From Schizochytrium sp. TIO01 (taxonomy: Eukaryota; Protista; Bigyra: Labyrinthulomycetes), in the NCBI GenBank assembly GCA_004764695.1, contig SMSO01000031.1:6926761-6990760 (forward strand): a stretch of DNA of 64,000 bases, written 5' to 3'. Both the position numbers and the translations under genes were made by a program. Of this stretch, positions 58,160 through 64,000 are shown one piece after another. Positions within the stretch are counted from its first letter, which is position 1. The number at the start of each line of letters is the position of its first letter. The notes beneath the pieces are model-generated. The model made no database searches, had not been told where the DNA came from, and saw nothing but the letters and a program-made list of their open reading frames with translations.

Positions 58160-59872
58160 TCACCTTGCCGAAGATGCCGATCGTGGCACAAAATCCTCCT
58201 GAGAGGAAGAGGGAACAGAGTCACTGTCAGCATTGTTTTTGTTTTTGTTATCGTAGTTGTTGTCGTTGGAGCTTGAGTTGGATTTAGCAGAGATTTCTGC
58301 TATTGATGAAGGTTTTGATGATGAGTCTGTGCGCTCTCGTCGTGCACGCCAATCGGCGTAGCGCTTGACTGCTGTATCAACGACCTCAGGAGTAAAGTTG
58401 GGGGCAAAAATAGTATCAAAGAGGCGATTGAAGGACTCCCAAAGCCCGCGGGAGTTAATCCTGGAGTCAAGCACCTTGTTGATGGTATCCTCATAAAAGT
58501 GCTCCATTTTCTCCGTCATGACCTCGTTGATGACGAGCTCAGGGGCGGCAAGCTCGCTGGGCCGCAACGGGTTAAAGTGGGTCTCGGCCAAGAGCAATGT
58601 CTCCGAAGGCACAGCAGGGAACCTCATCCGTGCAGGCGGGGCCAAGAGCACCTCTGCAAAGATACTCGGGATATCAGCGCGAACCATGCAGATCGCTGTT
58701 CCAATAAGATGGCGTATCTGATTGATCATGAATGAGTTCGCTTTGATCTCAAATCGAATCGCTGGTGTCGAGTTCGGGCTCAATGAGAGCGGTCCAACAA
58801 CCTTGAACTCATGAATATGCCTATAGTGCGCTGATGTGATCTGGTCCGAAGGCAGCTGCGGCTCGAGCCAGCGAAGTGATGACAGCTTGTTGCGCTTGGA
58901 TTCATCGTCATCGCCACTTTCATCCGGCTGAAGGATGCCGAACTCGTCGTCATCGTCATCTTCCACATCGTCCTCATCATCGTCCAAGTCCATATTGCTA
59001 GGGTAGTTGCCCCCGTGGCGCTTTCCGCGGTTGTTTCCCGAACTACCATGACGTCCCATAGAAGCGGAGTGAGCGTTGTCAAAGTGATAATCTGCGTTAT
59101 CCAAAAGGAGTCCATCGGACTTTTCGCGAGCCCGAGCGCGACGCCATCCGCGGCGGTGCCCGTGTCGGAACTGATAGAACGAGCGCTTGGTAAAGTTGTG
59201 GAAAGTACGGTTGCCTACGAATTTGTTGAGAATGTTCTGAAGGCGCTCGAGCTTGACCTCATCTGCAGGTGATCCATCCATGCCAATCATCCACGCGGGT
59301 AGGTAGTAGTGGTACGTGCGAGAACGGCAGAATCCCCGCGCCTGAAAGCTCTTGGTGACCCTTTGCACAGAGAAGACTCGAACGTCCTCAGGCAAAAACT
59401 TATTAATATTTGTCGCGAGCTCGAGGCCCATCGGATCGCTCTGCCACGGATTATCGCTGCGAAGCAAGAGGTCTGTGCCAATCACATTACAAACAGCGTG
59501 GGCGCCTTTGTCTGTGCGGCTGCTCCGCGTCCAGCCGAGCTTGAAGGGCCGCCGCATGTTCGCGCCGCTGATGCCTCCAGACTCATAAAGAGCGCTCATG
59601 AGCACCTCCTCGACGGTCTGGCCTTTGGCACATTGAAGATTCAACTGACTGCCCTTGAACCTCGAGCCCACGTATCCGTGGAAGATTGCCACACGGCGCT
59701 TACGTGGAGCAACGCCAACTTCACCAGCAGGGATCCCTGAGCCAATGCCATTCATGTCTAACGCAGTCTCGTCAAACCATGCACTCAATGCGCGCACACC
59801 ACGTTGGGTCAGCTGTGGCATACGTGTGAACTTCACAGGCCGCGCAGCAGCTGCTCCAGCAATGGAAAGCAT
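58160..59872 (-). CDS. tRNA pseudouridine synthase, TruA/Pus1 family, probably organelle-targeted
   Basis: GYVGSRFKGSQ, catalytic SSRTDKGAHA, INKFLPEDVRV, RTYHYYLP, FVG...FHNFT, SFMINQIRHLIG; N-terminal Arg/Ala-rich presequence. Confidence 0.92.
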   Translation of the reverse strand: MLSIAGAAAARPVKFTRMPQLTQRGVRALSAWFDETALDMNGIGSGIPAGEVGVAPRKRRVAIFHGYVGSRFKGSQLNLQCAKGQTVEEVLMSALYESGGISGANMRRPFKLGWTRSSRTDKGAHAVCNVIGTDLLLRSDNPWQSDPMGLELATNINKFLPEDVRVFSVQRVTKSFQARGFCRSRTYHYYLPAWMIGMDGSPADEVKLERLQNILNKFVGNRTFHNFTKRSFYQFRHGHRRGWRRARAREKSDGLLLDNADYHFDNAHSASMGRHGSSGNNRGKRHGGNYPSNMDLDDDEDDVEDDDDDEFGILQPDESGDDDESKRNKLSSLRWLEPQLPSDQITSAHYRHIHEFKVVGPLSLSPNSTPAIRFEIKANSFMINQIRHLIGTAICMVRADIPSIFAEVLLAPPARMRFPAVPSETLLLAETHFNPLRPSELAAPELVINEVMTEKMEHFYEDTINKVLDSRINSRGLWESFNRLFDTIFAPNFTPEVVDTAVKRYADWRARRERTDSSSKPSSIAEISAKSNSSSNDNNYDNKNKNNADSDSVPSSSQEDFVPRSASSAR

Positions 59873-61020
59873 CTTGATAGTCGAAGATCAAGACGATAAT
59901 AATAGAAAGCCAAGGGTGAACTCAGCCGATGATATCGGCGAGGAGAGATATTGTTAATCCGGAGAGATCAGGTGATATTCAGGTAGCGATAGCTTGGGGG
60001 TAATTAATGCGAATATGGCACTGAGTTATAGGCTCGAAGAGATCTTGTGGCCACGAATAGGTAAAGCACCAGAGTTTGCAACTTCTTGAATCGCAACGCG
60101 AACCAAGTCTCTTCGTGTAAACTCAACACGAGAAGCTAGTTTGAAAATGCCTGCAAAGGGAGTACTAACACCCTCTGTATTGCCGAGAGACCTTCCACGT
60201 CCACGAAGCGAGCTTGAGCCTGCACGTACGGTGGAGACCTTCTCCACGCTCACGAGCAGCAAGCAGCAGCAGCAGCTGAGCAAGCAGCAGCTGTTACGAC
60301 TAGTTAGGTTTTATAGTAGGACTCCCCCTCCGGAGCACCTGTGTTCTGGCACAGCCGCAGCGGCAGCGAAGACGATGCGACCAAGGCCGAGAGCGAGAAC
60401 AGGAGCGGAGGGGACTGCTCACAGAGGAGCAGGGGCGATGTGGGCGGCGGGGTGGCCGCCTGCAGGAAACGCCGCGAGCGAGGCGCGCCGGTCCCGGCAA
60501 TCTCCTGCCGCTGCAGTCGCCGCTGCCGCAGGTCTGACTCTACTGCTACGTGAGCAACAAAAGTAAAGCAAGGAAACTAAAAGTCAACTAAAAACAATCG
60601 AGAGGATTGAAAGTAGAGTATACCCAAGTGAACTATAGAAAACCCAAGTTGGCAAAACCAGCGGAAAGTGAGTTAAACGGCCTGCCACTATAGAGTATAC
60701 AAACGCCAATAGGCTATTCATTCACTCACCCCTGGCCAAGGCAGAAAGAATCGCCAAGTCTACATAGAGCCATCCATAGGTAGAGCCAAGATAAGATAAC
60801 TTAGCAAGAAGCACAAATCACAGACAGCAGAGCAAGCAAAGCTCACTTTTGCTCATCTCTCTCCGTCTCTATCAGCAATCGTCTGCCTATTCTTACTACA
60901 GCATTGCATTCTTTCTCGATTACTACTCTTCTTTTGGTTACTACCACTTCTTTCCTAGCACTAGCAGCTCCTTAGTAGCTCCTACTGACACAGGATGCAA
61001 TTTTCACCACCGTAGTATAA

Positions 61021-61222
61021 TTTATTTGTTTATTTATTTACTCATTCATTCATTCATTTATTTGTTTATTTATTTATTCATTTATTTATTCATTTACTCA
61101 TTCATTCATTCGTTTATTTATTTGTTTATTCATTTATTTGTTTGTTTTTTTGTTTGTTTTTTTATTTGTTTGTTTTTTTGTTTGTTTTTTTGTTTGTTTT
61201 TTTGTTTGTTTGTTTGTTTATT
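61021..61222. repeat. Compound (TTTA)/(TTCA)/(TTTG)n microsatellite
   Basis: Direct inspection. Confidence 0.9.
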
Positions 61223-63408
61223 AGCTCCAAAAAGCCTCTCTTAAAGGACAGCGCCTAATGTGGCAATGCTGCAAGCTGTCGCCTGCCTGCTAAACCCTTA
61301 GCGTCTCTGCTTTCTGGAGCAGCTCTGATCGCATGCCTTCTCTCCCTCTGCCCTCCTCTAGAGCTAGCTAGCTGCCTTGGATGCCAAATCACATCTTCAT
61401 TCATGCCGGCAATCGATTCACTGCATCTATTCTGCAAACAAATGTTGTCTCTAAGCCCACTAAGGCAGCCATAGGACCTCCGCAGATTAGCACGGCCAAC
61501 CCGGGATAGGGGGCCTCCTACCGTAAACACTAGTCCTCCTCATCGCACAGTGGTAGAGGAGGCACTGCTAGCAGCAGGTAGACAGTCCTAACTAAGTGAT
61601 ATATAATGGATACAGCTAGGAGTAAACCAAGAAAGAAAGAAATGCAAATGTGGCAGATAATCAATCATCGATGGAGTGGTCGATCGATGGCGATCGATCA
61701 ATTACACCGATAGCTGCGGCAGGCCGATCATTGGGATAACGTGCAGGTCGAAAGCTCACGTACGTCTGCGAATTCTTGGATCAACAGCGGGAGCCGTGGA
61801 CCCGCACTGATTGGAGAGGACCAGAAGATCTGCCTGCTCGGTCCGTGGGAGCAACGCGGCGGAGCGCTAGCTTGCGCATAGGCATAACCTTAGGAGTCCC
61901 GTGATCTGCTCCTATTTTCTGTGCGTGCGTGCACCTTGTTCTAAGCGGAGAATCAAAACAATTCAATGACTTGAGCTGAGTGTGTATGTATGTATGTATA
62001 CTCTGCCGAGCGGAGACGTTCTAAGCGGAGAACCCAATCAATGCGCTGAGTAAGGGAGGAGTTCCACAGAGCCGAGAGGCGATGTCTTCATCGTCGGAAA
62101 CACTCTCACGAACACCATTAGTATTCCCCATAAGCTGAGGGGACTCTTAGCAGGAGTACTACTAACTGAGCCCTACGGCGCCTGCCTAAGCAAGGGATTA
62201 CTTGGCTGCCAAGCTCGAGGAGATTGAAGTTGATTGCCAAAGAGCCAGGCATGGCAGCGTGGCTGGTGCACAGGGCGGTCGGCAGACCAGGGTTGGGGGC
62301 GCATATGTCGATCGATATGCGGGAATGTTGAAGCGCCTACGATGAGCGTGTGCTCGCAGACACCGGGTCGCAGCCAAATTGCAAGTTCTGTGGGCGCAGG
62401 CGGGTTAAGCCTGATAAGGCGATTAGCTCACCCCTAGATTCGGGGCTCTCGGCCCGTGGGAATTTAGGACGGGACCAAGACAACCCCGAAATTGGGGCTG
62501 TGGGAGCTGCTAGGGGAAAAGCAGGCGTACTAAAATGGGCGGTACTGTCGCGGCTCAGACGGTACCGTATTATATTTGGCGGTATGATTGATTGATTGAT
62601 AGGTGGAGACTGCCTAAGAGGAAGCTGTCTCTTGAAGACAGTCAGTCTCCCAAACGGCATTCTGTGCGTGCAGAAGATCTTGCGCCAGGGAAAGACAAGT
62701 CCGCGAAGGACTCGTGCATGGCAGGAAGAAGAAAGTCAATCATGGTTGGGATGGCCTCCGAACGAAAGCCCACCGGGAAGAAGTCTGGGATGACTGTATG
62801 AACCTTAAGATTTCTAGCAAAATTGCGCTTTTCAGGGCAAACTGTAAAGGTACTTTAAGCACGTACGTGTGGCCAAAGCTGAGCGAGTGAACGATGACGG
62901 TGGTGTTTGTTTAGGAACTCGTACACGCTGGAAACAAGTCACGACAGGAGCTAACGATGCCGAACACGGAGCTGGCCTGTCATAAGAACCTTTGGGGCGC
63001 CGTAGCCTTTAGAAGATGGTTTCGTTATGATGCAATCACTACGAACCTACATCAGCCATCATGAGGTACATAGGTTTGTACTGCGTGCAAATGATCTAAA
63101 GAGAAGTCTGCAAGTGGAGTATAGGGGTATAACCTACTTGTGGATTTATAAATCAGTTGTGGGATACTAAGTATCCTGCGGACAAGTGAAACAAACGAAT
63201 GATTGATTGACTGTATCATCCATCATCCGCCTCGTCCTTGCCGCGGTGATTGCAGATCGTCAACAACAGCGCGAAGGATACACGAGCCCCTAGCTGGTTG
63301 TTCGCTCCGTAGAGTTCGCCTCGTTTTTGCACCACGTTCTCTCGCGTGAAGCACTTTCTCCGGCGGCAGGTCCACAGAGACGGCGACGGAGACAGCCCAA
63401 AGGCCACC

Positions 63409-64000
63409 ATGACGGACTTCATGACCACCATGACGTACTGGAAGTGCGAGGACACTGGCCTCGTCAAGGCCCGTGACAACCAGGTATGGACCGAGAAGAA
63501 GCCCACCCAGTCCACCCGCATGAACGCACTCTGGAAGGAGGGCCGCGGCCTCTCACCGAGCCTCCCGGACGCCCAGTACTTTGAAATCACCATCTTGGAG
63601 GCGCCTGAGGGCAAGGCCAACCCGGTCTCTATTGGCCTCACGGATGAGGCTCACTTTGCTTCTGGCTGGAACTTCAAGGGCATGTCCTTCGCCGGCAACT
63701 TGAGCGACGGCAGCGGCCTCCTCGCACAGAACTTTGGCCCCGGCGTCAAGCAGGGCGACGTTGTTGGGTTGCGCATGGAGCTCGTTTTGCGCAAGAACAA
63801 GCGCTACGACCTCGAGGTCTACTACTCTGTGAACGGCGAGGGCCTCGGAAAGGCATTCTCTATCCAGGAGGTTGATATCGTCAACATTGGCGCTCTCTAC
63901 CCCGCCGTTGGCTTCAGCACTGGCCCAGCCAAGGTGGTTATTGAGCGCAAGTCTGCGCCTGAAGCCCAGACCCTTGAGCGCTCTGGAGCCGAAGACACTC
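63409..64000 (+). CDS. SPRY/B30.2-domain protein (3' partial)
   Basis: GCCACCATG at 63409 opens a frame to the edge: MTDFMTTM..QYFEITIL..VSIGL..NFGPGVKQGDVVGL..VYYSVNGEGLGKAF..LYPAVGF, with strong C/G third-position bias. Absent from the ORF track because no stop lies in the window. Confidence 0.88.
   Translation, partial: MTDFMTTMTYWKCEDTGLVKARDNQVWTEKKPTQSTRMNALWKEGRGLSPSLPDAQYFEITILEAPEGKANPVSIGLTDEAHFASGWNFKGMSFAGNLSDGSGLLAQNFGPGVKQGDVVGLRMELVLRKNKRYDLEVYYSVNGEGLGKAFSIQEVDIVNIGALYPAVGFSTGPAKVVIERKSAPEAQTLERSGAEDT

Noticed and set aside
63216-63641. 141-aa minus-strand ORF
   Set aside because: Antisense to the SPRY gene.

Overview
Eukaryotic, intron-poor, gene-sparse DNA with microsatellite-rich intergenic tracts. 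It is most likely a thraustochytrid/labyrinthulomycete stramenopile; this is inferred from genome style plus a ZMYND10 cilia gene and is not proven. I can support 11 protein-coding genes. (1) A giant (>2000 aa, runs off the left edge) secreted protein built of ~115-120-aa four-cysteine helical repeats, mostly missed by the ORF track. (2) An AGC-family Ser/Thr kinase. (3) An ankyrin-BTB protein. (4) A ZMYND10 homologue lacking its MYND finger. (5) A small orphan with a mitochondrial-type presequence. (6) PSMG4/PAC4. (7) A stand-alone AF4/FMR2 C-terminal-homology-domain-like protein. (8) A classical protein tyrosine phosphatase with a Q-loop Gln->Val change. (9) A polyQ/Tudor-like protein with 57-bp tandem repeats. 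(10) A TruA/Pus1-family pseudouridine synthase. (11) A SPRY-domain protein running off the right edge, also missed by the track. Two genes are each broken by two single-base indels in G/C runs, probably long-read errors. Notable non-coding signals are a 1,900-nt strand-specific ATG-free leader before the kinase (with 650-850-nt equivalents before four other genes), several hairpin clusters, shared promoter-like motifs and decayed gene relics. I found no convincing tRNA, rRNA, CRISPR array or intact mobile element. All family assignments come from recalled motifs, not database searches.
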